From positions 1 through 64,000 of the forward strand of contig CAWDRG010000009.1 of the NCBI GenBank assembly GCA_963804645.1: a DNA stretch of 64,000 nucleotides. The letters run 5' to 3'. The position numbers were made by a program, and so were the translations under genes. Numbering within the stretch: the stretch's first letter is position 1; each line of letters begins with the position of its first letter. Below the pieces are notes generated by a model. That model made no database searches. It saw only the letters and a program-made list of their open reading frames with translations, and was not told where the DNA came from. The DNA comes from an uncultured Bacillota bacterium (GTDB taxonomy: Bacteria > Sysuimicrobiota > Sysuimicrobiia > Sysuimicrobiales > Segetimicrobiaceae). Below, one piece after another: positions 46,702 through 56,663 of the stretch.

Positions 46702-47474
46702 AACTTACCGTCTCGCAGCTGTGCGTGGAGTACCACCGGGTCCCGGCGCTGCGGGACGTGCACCTCGAAGCCGCGCCCCGCAGCATCACGGCGCTCATCG
46801 GTCCCAACGGCGCCGGCAAGTCGACCCTCCTCCGGTGTGCGTACGGGCTCGTCCCGTACCGGGGACGGATCTTCCTCGGCGGCACGGACGCGCGGACCCT
46901 CGACGGCCGCCGGCTCTCACACATCGCGGCGTACCTGCCGCAAGATCTCCACGCCCGGTCGAGACTGACGGTCCTCGAGGTCGTGCTGCTCGGGAAGCTC
47001 GGGTCGCTCGGGTGGCATGTCCAGGACGGCGACATCGCGCGCGCACGGGCGAGCCTGGAGGACGTCGGGATCGGAGACACGGCGGACCGCCCGCTCGTCG
47101 AGCTGAGTCTCGGCCAGCGCCAGCTGGCGTTCGTCGCGCAGGCGCTGGTTCGCGAGCCGCGCGTGCTGCTGTTCGACGAGCCGACCAGCGCGCTCGATCT
47201 CCGCCACCAGTTGGAGCTGCTGGTGCTGATCCGGCGGCTCGTCGAGGAGCGCGGCGCGACCGCGGTGATCGCCCTGCACGATCTCAACCTCGCCTCGCGG
47301 TTCGCGGACCGGATGGTGCTGCTCGCGCGCGGGCGCGTGCACGCGGCCGGGACGCCGGCGGAGGTGCTCACGTGTGAGACGATCCGGGGGGCCTACGGCG
47401 TGGACGCGGAAGTGCAGCGGCGGGACGACGGGGTGATCTCGGTGACCCCCCTGAGAGCGCTCCCCCTTCCGTAG
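46698..47474 (+). CDS. Iron-complex ABC ATP-binding protein
   Basis: GPNGAGKST, LSLGQRQ, DEPTSALD, LHDLNLA. Confidence 0.93.
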   Translation: MKLTVSQLCVEYHRVPALRDVHLEAAPRSITALIGPNGAGKSTLLRCAYGLVPYRGRIFLGGTDARTLDGRRLSHIAAYLPQDLHARSRLTVLEVVLLGKLGSLGWHVQDGDIARARASLEDVGIGDTADRPLVELSLGQRQLAFVAQALVREPRVLLFDEPTSALDLRHQLELLVLIRRLVEERGATAVIALHDLNLASRFADRMVLLARGRVHAAGTPAEVLTCETIRGAYGVDAEVQRRDDGVISVTPLRALPLP

Positions 47475-47533
47475 CCGCGGGCGGCCCGCCCCCGGGCGGA
47501 GTTTTCGGTGCGTCCGTCGAACCGTTTCCTTCG

Positions 47534-48367
47534 ATGCTCCCGTTCTCCGCTCACACGCTTACGGCGCTGCGCGCGGCGTCCGCCGCCGCGGCGATCCAGC
47601 GCGCCCTCTTCGGCCGGCTGACCCGCATCGAGTACAAGGGCCCCCAGGACCCGGTGACCGAAGCCGACCGCGCATCCGAGGAGGCGATCGTCGGCACGCT
47701 GCGCGACGCGTTCCCCAGCCACGCGTTCGTCGGCGAGGAGGGCGGCCGCCGCGGCGACTCCGAGCACACGTGGTTCATCGACCCGCTCGACGGCACCCAC
47801 AACTACGCGCACGGCATTCCGTGGTTCGCGGTGAGCATCGCGCTGCGGCACCGCGGCCAGACGATCGCGGCGGTCATCCTCAACCCGATGCTCGGAGAAG
47901 TCTACGCGGCCGAGCGAGGCGCGGGTGCACACCTGGCGGCGGCCCCGCCGGGGCAGACCCAGTGGACGGGACGCGAGGAGTGGCGGCGGATCACGGTCTC
48001 CCCGATCGATCAGCTCGAGGACGCGACGCTGACCTCGGGGTTCCGCCATCCGCTCGGCGACTCACGGCTGAACCTCGATCACTTCACGAACGTGCTCGTG
48101 CGCGCGGCCAGAGTGCGGGAATGGGGAGCCGCCGCGCTCAGTCTTGCCGCGGTGGCCGCGGGGCGGATCGAGGGATACTGGGAAATTGGCCCGCGTGAGT
48201 GGGATCTCGCCGCCGGCCTCCTGTTGCTCGAGGAAGCCGGCGGCCGCGGCAGCGACCTGCGCGGCCGCACAGCCGTGCTGGACCACCGGCAGATCCTGGC
48301 GACGAACGGCGCGATCCACGATCAGATGGTGGCCGTGCTCGCGCTCGGGCGGAGCGGACTGGACTGA
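47534..48367 (+). CDS. suhB: Inositol monophosphatase family protein
   Basis: VTEADRASE, WFIDPLDGTHNY, WDLAAG. Confidence 0.88.
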   Translation: MLPFSAHTLTALRAASAAAAIQRALFGRLTRIEYKGPQDPVTEADRASEEAIVGTLRDAFPSHAFVGEEGGRRGDSEHTWFIDPLDGTHNYAHGIPWFAVSIALRHRGQTIAAVILNPMLGEVYAAERGAGAHLAAAPPGQTQWTGREEWRRITVSPIDQLEDATLTSGFRHPLGDSRLNLDHFTNVLVRAARVREWGAAALSLAAVAAGRIEGYWEIGPREWDLAAGLLLLEEAGGRGSDLRGRTAVLDHRQILATNGAIHDQMVAVLALGRSGLD

Positions 48368-48539
48368 CGCGCCGGGGCCGGCGCGCTAAATGCCTCGCCG
48401 GTCCCAGGGATGCCGCAGGCCCGACGAGTGGCGAGGCCCCTCAACCCGGGAGGGGTCGGCTCCCGGAGCAAAGAACTCCTCGTCACGCTTGAGAGAGCAC
48501 CACGATCGTCCCGGTCTTGAGGTCAGGCACGGGGGCATC

Positions 48540-49196
48540 ATGGTGAAAGCGCCGCGTTGGATCATCCTCCCCATCGTTCTGTTGCTGCTGACCGGTGTCG
48601 CCGGGCCCCTCGGCCGCCCGGCCCACGGCGCCGGTCTCTCTTTCCCGACCGGGGCGCTCGTCACCGGCGATCAGACTGCATGGCACGAGATCGCCGCCGC
48701 AGTATCGAAACAGCGCACGATTTCGTATCGCGAAAAGGATTCGGACGGCACGACCGTCGAGTACTCACCGCCCGATTCGACCCATACGGTCACGGAACGC
48801 ATCGAGGAAATCGTGGTCGGCCACGACAGGCGCTATCGCTACCGCACAAACGCAGGAGGGGCGCCAGGCAAGTGGTTGTGCGATTCCGCGCCGCCGAACG
48901 GCCCCGAACCTGGGAAGCTGCTTTCAGAGCTTCACATATCCTACGAGGCCTCCCGGGAAGCCGCCACGGTGATCGACGGCACCCCGGTCCATACGTACTC
49001 GATCATCGTCTCGCTGGGCGCGGGCGGGCAAAGCATCGCGAGCAAGTATACCTTCTACATCGACAGTCGGACCGGGCTGCCTCGCCGCTGGGTTGGTCCC
49101 GCAACGCTGGGGAATCCGGTCCCCCAGATCGTTGCGGACGACTACGACTACGGCGCCCCGATTACCATCGTCCTGCCCGCGTGCGGCACGTCGTAG
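48540..49196 (+). CDS. Secreted hypothetical protein
   Basis: Signal peptide; YIDSRTGLP and DYDYGAPITI.LP beta-rich pattern. Confidence 0.7.
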   Translation: MVKAPRWIILPIVLLLLTGVAGPLGRPAHGAGLSFPTGALVTGDQTAWHEIAAAVSKQRTISYREKDSDGTTVEYSPPDSTHTVTERIEEIVVGHDRRYRYRTNAGGAPGKWLCDSAPPNGPEPGKLLSELHISYEASREAATVIDGTPVHTYSIIVSLGAGGQSIASKYTFYIDSRTGLPRRWVGPATLGNPVPQIVADDYDYGAPITIVLPACGTS

Positions 49197-49211
49197 CCGG
49201 GCCGTGGACCC

Positions 49212-50318
49212 TCACCCGGCGGGCACCACGTGGATGTCCCGCGGCAGCCGGCTGAATACGTGGGCGCCGTCCGGGCCGACGTACACGATCTCCTCCAGGC
49301 GTAGTCCAAACTCCCCGGGGATGTAGACGCCGGGCTCGACTGAAAACACGAACCCTTCATCTATAGGAGTCTCATTCAAGTGCGTCACGCTGGGCGGCTC
49401 ATGAACGGAGATCCCGAGGCCGTGGCCGACCCGATGGATGAAGTACTCGCCAAATCCCGCGCGCTCGATCACACCGCGCGCCGCGAGATCCACGTCTTTG
49501 AGCGGCACCCCGGGGCGGATCGCCGCCAGCGCCGCCTGCACCGCGGCGTCGACCGTCCGGTGCACCTCCCGATACTTCGCGCCGGGCGCGCCCACGCAGG
49601 CCACGCGGGTGATGTCCGAGGCGTAGCCGTCGAGCATCCCGCCGAGATCGAGCGTGACCGCGTCGCCCACCGCGAGCCGCCGTCCGGACAGGCTGTGGTG
49701 GGGGAACGCCCCGTTCGGCCCCGAGGCTACGCCGGTGAACACGACCTCCTGTGACCCGGACCGGCGGAACGACGCCGCGGCGGCGTCGGCGATCTCCTGC
49801 TCCGTCGCACCCGCGCGACAGGCCGCCCACGCGTCGCGGATCGCCTGGTCCGCGTGCATGGCGCTGCGCCGCAGCGCCTCGATCTCCTCGGCGGACTTCC
49901 GCATCCGGAGATAGGCCAGCACGTCCGACGCGAGCGCGAGCTGCGCATCGGGGAACACACCCGAGAGCAGCAGGACGAAGTCGGCGCGCATCGTGTCGCC
50001 GAGTGCGAGGCGCGCGGGGGAAGCGCCGCCGAGCGCCTTCTTGGCGGCGTCGAGCGCCGCGGCCGGTCCGTCAGCGTCGGTGTAGACAAACGTGGGCACC
50101 GGGATGTGGGGGGCGGACTGGGTGGCGTTCAGGCTTGGGACCACGAATGCCGCGGTGCTCGCCGCCAGCAGCAGGAAGCACGGCCGCTCGTCCGGGTGGG
50201 GCGAGAACCCGCACAGGTATCGGAGATCATCGCCCGGCGCGACCGCCAGCAGGTCGATCCGCTGTATGGCCATCCGCCGCCGCGCCTGGTCAACTCGCGC
50301 CGCGTAATCCATCGCCAT
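49212..50318 (-). CDS. M24B Xaa-Pro peptidase family protein
   Basis: LRMRKS.EEI, PHH, DLG..GYASDITR, HRVGHGLG..HE, EPGVY, RLEE. Confidence 0.93.
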   Translation of the reverse strand: MAMDYAARVDQARRRMAIQRIDLLAVAPGDDLRYLCGFSPHPDERPCFLLLAASTAAFVVPSLNATQSAPHIPVPTFVYTDADGPAAALDAAKKALGGASPARLALGDTMRADFVLLLSGVFPDAQLALASDVLAYLRMRKSAEEIEALRRSAMHADQAIRDAWAACRAGATEQEIADAAAASFRRSGSQEVVFTGVASGPNGAFPHHSLSGRRLAVGDAVTLDLGGMLDGYASDITRVACVGAPGAKYREVHRTVDAAVQAALAAIRPGVPLKDVDLAARGVIERAGFGEYFIHRVGHGLGISVHEPPSVTHLNETPIDEGFVFSVEPGVYIPGEFGLRLEEIVYVGPDGAHVFSRLPRDIHVVPAG

Positions 50319-50478
50319 CCTCCGAGGATCGCTCCTCAACCGGGAGCGGAAAAGTAGCCGGGCGGGCTACACTCCCACGGGAGCGCGCGCGACTCCTGCC
50401 CCGATCCCCGCTCGCGGCCCGGGCGATCAAATTGACACCTTCCCCGGGCTCGCGGTACAGTGAATCCGTGAATCCCCG

Positions 50479-51318
50479 GTGAGCAGTCCCCGCGCCGCCC
50501 GCGCACCCGCGCCGCGCTCGAAGGCAGCGGCGGGATCGCGCCCGCGCCGCCGTTCGGCCCCCGCGGCGCTCCCGCGCGAGACACCCGCGGCGCGGGCGCA
50601 GCGCGCGTTGGAGATCGTCCGCAGGCTGCGGGCGCGGTATCCCGACACCCAGCTCCCGCTGCGCCACCGCAACCCGCTGCAGCTGCTGATCGCGACGATC
50701 CTGTCCGCCCAGTCGACGGACGCGCAGGTCAACCGGGTCACGCCCGCCCTCTTCACGCGGTACCGCACGGCCGCCGACTTCGCCGGCGCGCGCACGAGCG
50801 AACTGGAAACGTACGTCCACAGCACCGGCTTCTTTCACGCGAAGGCGCGCGCGATCCAGCGGGCCACACGCGTGCTCGTCGACCGGTACGGCGGGCGCGT
50901 CCCGCGTACGCTGGAGGAGCTGGTGCAGCTGCCTGGCGTGGGCCGGAAGACCGCGAACGTGGTACTGAGCGGGTTCGGGGTGCCCGGGATCGTGGTCGAC
51001 ACGCACGTGCGGCGCCTGTCGAGGCGCCTCGCGCTCACCGCCCAGCACGACCCGGACAAGATCGAGCAGGACCTGATGCCCCTCATCCCGCGCGAGGAAT
51101 GGAGCGCGTTCTCGCTCAGGCTGATCTTTCTCGGCCGCGAGATCTGCTTCGCCAGGCGGCCGCGGTGCCCGACGTGCCCGCTGCGGGACCTCTGCCCGTC
51201 GAGCCGGTACGGCGGGATGCCGCCGTGGATGACGCCCGCCGGCACGGGCGCCTCGCGCGCGGCGGGCCGGACGCCGCCGCGCCCCACCCGGCGCGCCGGC
51301 ACGGGAGCGCGGTCGTGA
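50479..51318 (+). CDS. nth: Endonuclease III
   Basis: LIATILSAQSTD, HhH LPGVGRKTAN, VDTHV, C-x6-C-x2-C-x5-C. Confidence 0.95.
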   Translation: MSSPRAARAPAPRSKAAAGSRPRRRSAPAALPRETPAARAQRALEIVRRLRARYPDTQLPLRHRNPLQLLIATILSAQSTDAQVNRVTPALFTRYRTAADFAGARTSELETYVHSTGFFHAKARAIQRATRVLVDRYGGRVPRTLEELVQLPGVGRKTANVVLSGFGVPGIVVDTHVRRLSRRLALTAQHDPDKIEQDLMPLIPREEWSAFSLRLIFLGREICFARRPRCPTCPLRDLCPSSRYGGMPPWMTPAGTGASRAAGRTPPRPTRRAGTGARS

Positions 51319-52085
51319 GCGGCCTGCTGGAGGGCCGGACGGCGCTCGTCATGGGCGTCGCGAACCGCTGGAGCATCGCGTGGGCTGCGGCGCGGGCGTT
51401 TTCGCGCGAGGGCGCCCGCGTCGTCTTCACCGTGCAGACCGCGCGCCTCGAAAAGGACGTGCGCGAACTGGCCGGGGCGCTGCCGGGCTCGATCGTGCTG
51501 CCCTGCGACGTCGCGCAGGACGCGCAGCTCGACGCGCTCGCCGCCTCGATTCGCGAGCAGACCGGCGGGATCGATACCGTGCTCCACAGCATCGCGTTCG
51601 CCCAGCGGGAAGATCTCGGCGGGGCGTTCGTCGAGACCTCCCGATCCGGGTTCGCGCTCGCGCTCGACGTGAGCGCATTTTCGCTGGTCGCGGTCGCGCG
51701 CCACCTGCTGCCCGTCCTCAACCCGCAGGCGAGCCTGACGACGCTGACCTACATCGGCGCGACCCGCGTGATGCCGAACTACAACGTCATGGGCGTCGCG
51801 AAGGCCGCGCTCGAGTCGAGCGTCCGGTACCTCGCGAGCGACCTCGGACCGCGCGGCATCCGGGTGAACGCCATCTCCGCGGGGCCGATCAAAACGGCGT
51901 CGGCGCGGGCGGTGCAGGGGTTCAGCCGGATTCTCGAGGTCATGGAGCAGCGCGCGCCGCTCCGGCGCAACACGGACCCCGACGAGGTGGCCGACGCCGC
52001 GGTGTTCCTCGCGAGCCCGCTCGCGCGCGGGATCACCGGCGAGGTGCTGTTCGTCGACTGCGGGTTTCACGCGACCGGGCTCTAA
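51315..52085 (+). CDS. fabI: Enoyl-ACP reductase
   Basis: GVANRWSIAW, HSIAFA, YNVMGVAKAALE, SAGPIKT. Confidence 0.95.
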   Translation: MSGLLEGRTALVMGVANRWSIAWAAARAFSREGARVVFTVQTARLEKDVRELAGALPGSIVLPCDVAQDAQLDALAASIREQTGGIDTVLHSIAFAQREDLGGAFVETSRSGFALALDVSAFSLVAVARHLLPVLNPQASLTTLTYIGATRVMPNYNVMGVAKAALESSVRYLASDLGPRGIRVNAISAGPIKTASARAVQGFSRILEVMEQRAPLRRNTDPDEVADAAVFLASPLARGITGEVLFVDCGFHATGL

Positions 52086-52094
52086 CGCCCGGGG

Positions 52095-52778
52095 TCACTC
52101 CGCCGCGTCGGGCATCGGGTACGACGCGCACCCGCGGGCGACCGGGCACCCCCGGCACCGCGGCCGGCGCGCCGTGCAGACCGTGGCGCCGAGGTCCATA
52201 AGCCCCTGGTTGAAGTCGTACGCGCGCCCCGGCGGCAGAACGTCTTCGGACAGCGCCCACAAGGCGCGCTCCGACGGCCGCGCGCGCTCGCCCGCGAACA
52301 CACGCCGTAGCACGCGGCGGACGTTGGTATCGAGGATCGGCGCGTCTTCCCCGAACGCGAAGCTCAACAGCGCCCCCGCGGTATACCGGCCGATCCCCTT
52401 GAACGCGAGGAGCTGCTCCCGTGTCCGCGGCAGGCGTCCGCCGTGCCGGCGCACCGCCGCGCGCGCGATCTCCCGCAGCCGCAGCGGACGCACGTTGTAC
52501 CCGAGCGGGTACCACGCCTCGCGCACCTCGCGCACGCCCGCCTCCGCCAGCGACTCGATCGACGGGTAGCGCCGCAGCCACTCCCGGTACTTCGGGATCA
52601 CCCGGGGCACCTGCGTCTGCTGGAGCATGATCTCCGACACCAGGATGTGATACGGATTGCGGGTGCGCCGCCACGGGAGCGCCCGCCCCTCCCGGCGGTA
52701 CCAGGCGAGCAGGCGGCGCTGGAACGCCCGCCGAGCGGCGGGCGCGACCGCGATCCGGTCCTTGGGGCGCGCCGTCAC
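52095..52778 (-). CDS. mutY: A/G-specific adenine glycosylase, short form (227 aa)
   Basis: VSEIMLQQTQV, GIGRYTA, DTNVRRV, NQGLMDLGATVC...C..C.....C; no C-terminal NUDIX-like domain. Confidence 0.85.
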   Translation of the reverse strand: MTARPKDRIAVAPAARRAFQRRLLAWYRREGRALPWRRTRNPYHILVSEIMLQQTQVPRVIPKYREWLRRYPSIESLAEAGVREVREAWYPLGYNVRPLRLREIARAAVRRHGGRLPRTREQLLAFKGIGRYTAGALLSFAFGEDAPILDTNVRRVLRRVFAGERARPSERALWALSEDVLPPGRAYDFNQGLMDLGATVCTARRPRCRGCPVARGCASYPMPDAAE

Positions 52779-53938
52779 CGGGGCTCCCAGCGCGCGTACT
52801 CGACGACCGACCGTCCGCCGCCGGTGTGCGTCCACACGACCGCGGCGGCCGCCCCGTCGACGGCCACGCTCGGGTACGAGTTGCCGCCGTCCGTCGTGAG
52901 CCGCACCGCGGGCGCCCAGCCCCCGGCGTACCGCCTGAGGTAGATCTGGCCGTCGTCCGCGTCCCAGACCGCGTACAGGACCCCGGCCGCCGCGGCGGCG
53001 AGCGCGGGATGGCGCGCCGCCGGCGCGGGCGCCGAGAGCGCGACCGGCCCCTGCCACCCTCGACCCGACCGGCGCGCGTACACGATGTCGGAGTTGAGAT
53101 CGTCGTGGTGCTCCCACGCGAGCGACACGACGCCGGCCTGGTCGATCGCGATGTCGGGGTTGAACTCGTCGGACGAGGAGTGGGAGACGCTCTCGGGCGC
53201 GCCCCACGCCCCGTCGCGCTCGGCGTACCGGACCTGGTAGACGCGTCCGTCGAACTGGTACCACACCGCCGCCGTGCGCCCGGTCGGGCTCTCGGCGATC
53301 GCCGGGTTCACGGAGTCCGGCACCCCGGTCGAGATGAGGACCGGCTCAGACCACGACCGCCCGTCGAATCCGGTGTAGTAGATCTCATAGATCGACCCGT
53401 GCCGCGTATAGAGCAGCGTCCCGCCCTCGCGGATCCCGTACCACACGACCTGGGGGCGGCCGGACGGGTCGACGGCGAGCCCCGGGAATCCGGCGTAGCC
53501 CACCGCGGGTGAGATCCGCTGCTGCGGACCGGTCCAGGCGCCGGCCCAGACCCGGTAGTAGATCTTGCCGACGCCGTCGTCGTAGCGCGTCCACATGACG
53601 TGCAGCCGCCCCGCGCGGTCGAGCGCGACCGCTGGGAGGCGCGACGCCGCGGGGCCGTCGCTTGCCTGGGCCAGCCGCGTCCAGTGCGCCCCGCCGTCCT
53701 GCGACCTCGCCAAATACACTTGTGCGCCGCCCGCGCCGGCCCCCACGTAGGCGAGGATGAGCCCGGCGGCCGTGCGCAACAGCTTGACCTGGTTGTTTGA
53801 CGCGGTGGCGTCCTCGGTGGCGTCCGCCGCGGCGATGACGGGACCCCCCGGCGGCGCCGCGGCGGCGATCGGACCGATCGACGGCGCGGACACCATGACG
53901 ACGGCCGCCAGCACTGCGAGCGTTCGGAGGACGGGCAC
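52775..53938 (-). CDS. Secreted BNR/sialidase-like beta-propeller protein
   Basis: Signal peptide, Asp-box SQDGGAHW, repeated P.IA.D..G...VVW...IYY..W blades. Confidence 0.8.
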   Translation of the reverse strand: MPVLRTLAVLAAVVMVSAPSIGPIAAAAPPGGPVIAAADATEDATASNNQVKLLRTAAGLILAYVGAGAGGAQVYLARSQDGGAHWTRLAQASDGPAASRLPAVALDRAGRLHVMWTRYDDGVGKIYYRVWAGAWTGPQQRISPAVGYAGFPGLAVDPSGRPQVVWYGIREGGTLLYTRHGSIYEIYYTGFDGRSWSEPVLISTGVPDSVNPAIAESPTGRTAAVWYQFDGRVYQVRYAERDGAWGAPESVSHSSSDEFNPDIAIDQAGVVSLAWEHHDDLNSDIVYARRSGRGWQGPVALSAPAPAARHPALAAAAAGVLYAVWDADDGQIYLRRYAGGWAPAVRLTTDGGNSYPSVAVDGAAAAVVWTHTGGGRSVVEYARWEPR

Positions 53939-53939
53939 G

Positions 53940-54661
53940 CTACGAAGGATTGGCGGGGCTGAACGCGGCTCCCTGCCCCGTGAGGCCGCGGCCGATGCGC
54001 CGCGCCGTGTGACGCCGTTCGACGGAGTCGGCGCGGCCCTCGTACGGCGTCGGCATCCACGTATTGTTGATCAGCGTGAAATCGCCCGAGGTCAGCTCGA
54101 TCCTCGTCTCTCCGACGGTCTTGTACCCGGTCCCAGTTGCTTTGATGAAGAAAGATCGCGAATTGGCGCCGCACGGCATGCCCTGCTCCCCGCACACAAA
54201 CCAAATGGTATCCACATAGGGACGCCGGGCGGTGGCTGGAGCCACGACACCGATCCCATCTGTGCGATACGCGGCCCGCAGCGGGTCTACCCACGAGAAA
54301 CACACGGTCTCGATTCTCATGATGCGTCCCGGGAACCGCACCCGGCTCGGCGTCCCGATACACCGGTAATAGAAATGCAGGTCGTTGTGGGCGGTCGACC
54401 GGACGACCCGGTTTGGAGTTGACCCTCGCACAGCACCGTTGTGTTGGCCGCGTTCTTGACCTGGAACGGGATCACCGCGCCGTGGATGACCGGACCGGCG
54501 AGGTCCGGCTCCGTCGCCTCCGTGGTCGCCGGCAGCGCGATCGTTGCCCCGTTTGCGAGCACCGCAGAGACCGCGCCGGCCCGCGCGGCAAGCCGCCCGA
54601 CACCGAGCACGGCCGCCGCGAGAACAAGCGGCGCGCGCCAGTTCAACCGCCGATGTTTCAT
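53940..54661 (-). pseudogene. Frameshifted secreted hypothetical protein
   Basis: The signal-peptide ORF (MKHRR...EGQLQ) continues plausibly as NRVVRS...HFYYR in another frame at ~54413. Confidence 0.6.
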
Positions 54662-55000
54662 CGGAATCCCTCCATCGCCCCAGGGCTCGGCCGCCGATCC
54701 CAAGGGTGCCGCGATGCTGTACCAGCTGGCGGCCCGAATCGACCCGTCGTGGAGCGACCTCGCGACCCAGCTCGGCCCGCCCAGCAACTGGCTCGCCCTG
54801 TGTCTTCCCCGTTAAACCGCACCAGCCGCGCGTCTGCCGAGCAGGGAGACCAAGCGCCGCGCCGGCGCGATCCCGGATACACCGCGGGCGAGACTTTCAC
54901 AGAATTCTGTTGTACGCTAGTTCCGCCCACGCGCCACGCCCGCAGTGGCGCGCGTCGTGATCGGTTCGATTCAGCGATTTCGCGAGACAGGGGGACCGCA

Positions 55001-56623
55001 GTGACCGGCCAGGGACGCAGCATCACGTTTGCGCAGCGCGGCATGATCGCCACGGACCACACCCTCGCGTCGGCCGCGGGGCTGCAGGTACTCCAACGCG
55101 GCGGCAACGCCATCGATGCGGCGACCTGCGCCGCCGCGGTGCTCGGCGTCGTCCTCCCGATGATGGGAGGCCTCGGCGGCGACACGTTCATCGTGTACTA
55201 CGAGGCGGCGTCCGGACGTGTGGGCACGATCGTGGGCTCCGGGGCCGCGCCCCGCGCCGCCACGCTAGACTACTTCACCTCGCGGGGACACCACGTGATG
55301 CCGCCGCGCGGCATGCTGTCCCCGTCGGTGCCAGGGGCCGTGGACGCGATGGCCGTCTCGCTCGCGCGGTGGGGCAGCGGCCGGTTCACACTCGGGCAGC
55401 TCCTCGAGCCCGCCATCGAGTACGCCGAGAGGGGCTTTCCGGTCGCCGAAAACGAGGCCGGCTGGTTTGCCGCGGGTGCGGAGACGCTCTCCCGCTATCC
55501 GTCGTCGGCCCGCGTGTACCTCGCGAACAGCCGCGCGCCGCGCGCCGGCGAGATCCTGGTCCAGGCGGACCTCGGCCGCTCGCTGCGCACGATCGCCGAG
55601 CAGGGCGCGCGCGCCCTCTACGAAGGCGATCTCGCGGCCCGTCTCGCCGAATACGCGCGCGAGCACGGCGGTCTGCTCGACGCGCACGATCTGGCGGCCC
55701 ATACCACGGAGTTCGCGGAGCCCGCCTCGACGACGCACCGCGACTTCACGATCCACACGGCCCCACCGCCGTCCCAAGGCTTCGTGATGCTCGAGATGAT
55801 CAACATTCTCGCGCAGGACGACCTGGGCGCCCTCCCGTGGGGATCGCCGCAGGCGATCCATCTCGCCGTCGAGGCGAAGAAGCTCGCATTCGCGGACCGC
55901 CTCGCGTACGTCGGCGACCCGCGGTTCATCCAAAACCCCCTGCCCCGGCTCCTCAGCGCCGACTACGCGCGGCATCGGCGGCGCGCCCTCGATCCACTGC
56001 ACGCGCAGGACACGGTTGCCGCGGGCGCGATCCACGAGCAGGTCGGCGAGACCACGGCGTTCGTCGTCGCCGACGCCGCCGGCAACGTCTGCAGCTACAT
56101 CACCAGCCTCTCGAACGGGTTCGGGTGCGGCGAGGTCGCCGACGGCACCGGCATCCTGCTGAACAACCGCGCGGGCCGGGGCTTCTCCCTCGTCCCGGGC
56201 CACCCGAACGCCATTGCCCCCGGCAAGCGCACGATGCACACGCTGATGGCCTTTCTCGCGACGCGGCAGGGCCGCCCCTTCCTCGCGTGGGCGACCCGGG
56301 GGGGCGACGGGCAGGCGCAGTGGGACTTCCAGGTGTGGAGCGACGTCGTCCACCACGGCATGAACATCCAGGAGGCCGTGGAGCGCCCCCGCTGGCTGAG
56401 CTTTCCCGCGAGCGACCCCTCCACGATCGAGGCACCGTACGAGCTGCGCATGGAGGCGGGATTTGCGCCGGAGACGTACGAGGGCCTCAGGCGGCTGGGC
56501 CACCGCGTCGTCGCGCCCCGCCCGAGCGACGGCGGCGTGCAGGTGATCATGCGAGATCGCGAGGAACGCGTGTACGGCGGCGCATCGGACCCGCGCGCCG
56601 ACGGCTGTGCGATCGGGTTCTGA
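55001..56623 (+). CDS. ggt: Gamma-glutamyltransferase family protein
   Basis: GGNAIDAA, GLGGD, E|TT nucleophile site, LNNR, PGKR, GASDPR.DG. Confidence 0.92.
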   Translation: MTGQGRSITFAQRGMIATDHTLASAAGLQVLQRGGNAIDAATCAAAVLGVVLPMMGGLGGDTFIVYYEAASGRVGTIVGSGAAPRAATLDYFTSRGHHVMPPRGMLSPSVPGAVDAMAVSLARWGSGRFTLGQLLEPAIEYAERGFPVAENEAGWFAAGAETLSRYPSSARVYLANSRAPRAGEILVQADLGRSLRTIAEQGARALYEGDLAARLAEYAREHGGLLDAHDLAAHTTEFAEPASTTHRDFTIHTAPPPSQGFVMLEMINILAQDDLGALPWGSPQAIHLAVEAKKLAFADRLAYVGDPRFIQNPLPRLLSADYARHRRRALDPLHAQDTVAAGAIHEQVGETTAFVVADAAGNVCSYITSLSNGFGCGEVADGTGILLNNRAGRGFSLVPGHPNAIAPGKRTMHTLMAFLATRQGRPFLAWATRGGDGQAQWDFQVWSDVVHHGMNIQEAVERPRWLSFPASDPSTIEAPYELRMEAGFAPETYEGLRRLGHRVVAPRPSDGGVQVIMRDREERVYGGASDPRADGCAIGF

Positions 56624-56663
56624 CAGGACGGAGACTGGACTTAACCCACCGGTGGAGGCGCGC

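Noticed and set aside
48391..48500. glmS ribozyme or ykkC-like riboswitch
   Set aside because: The GACGAG and GGATGCC motifs are in the wrong order or strand, and the ykkC 3' consensus is incomplete.
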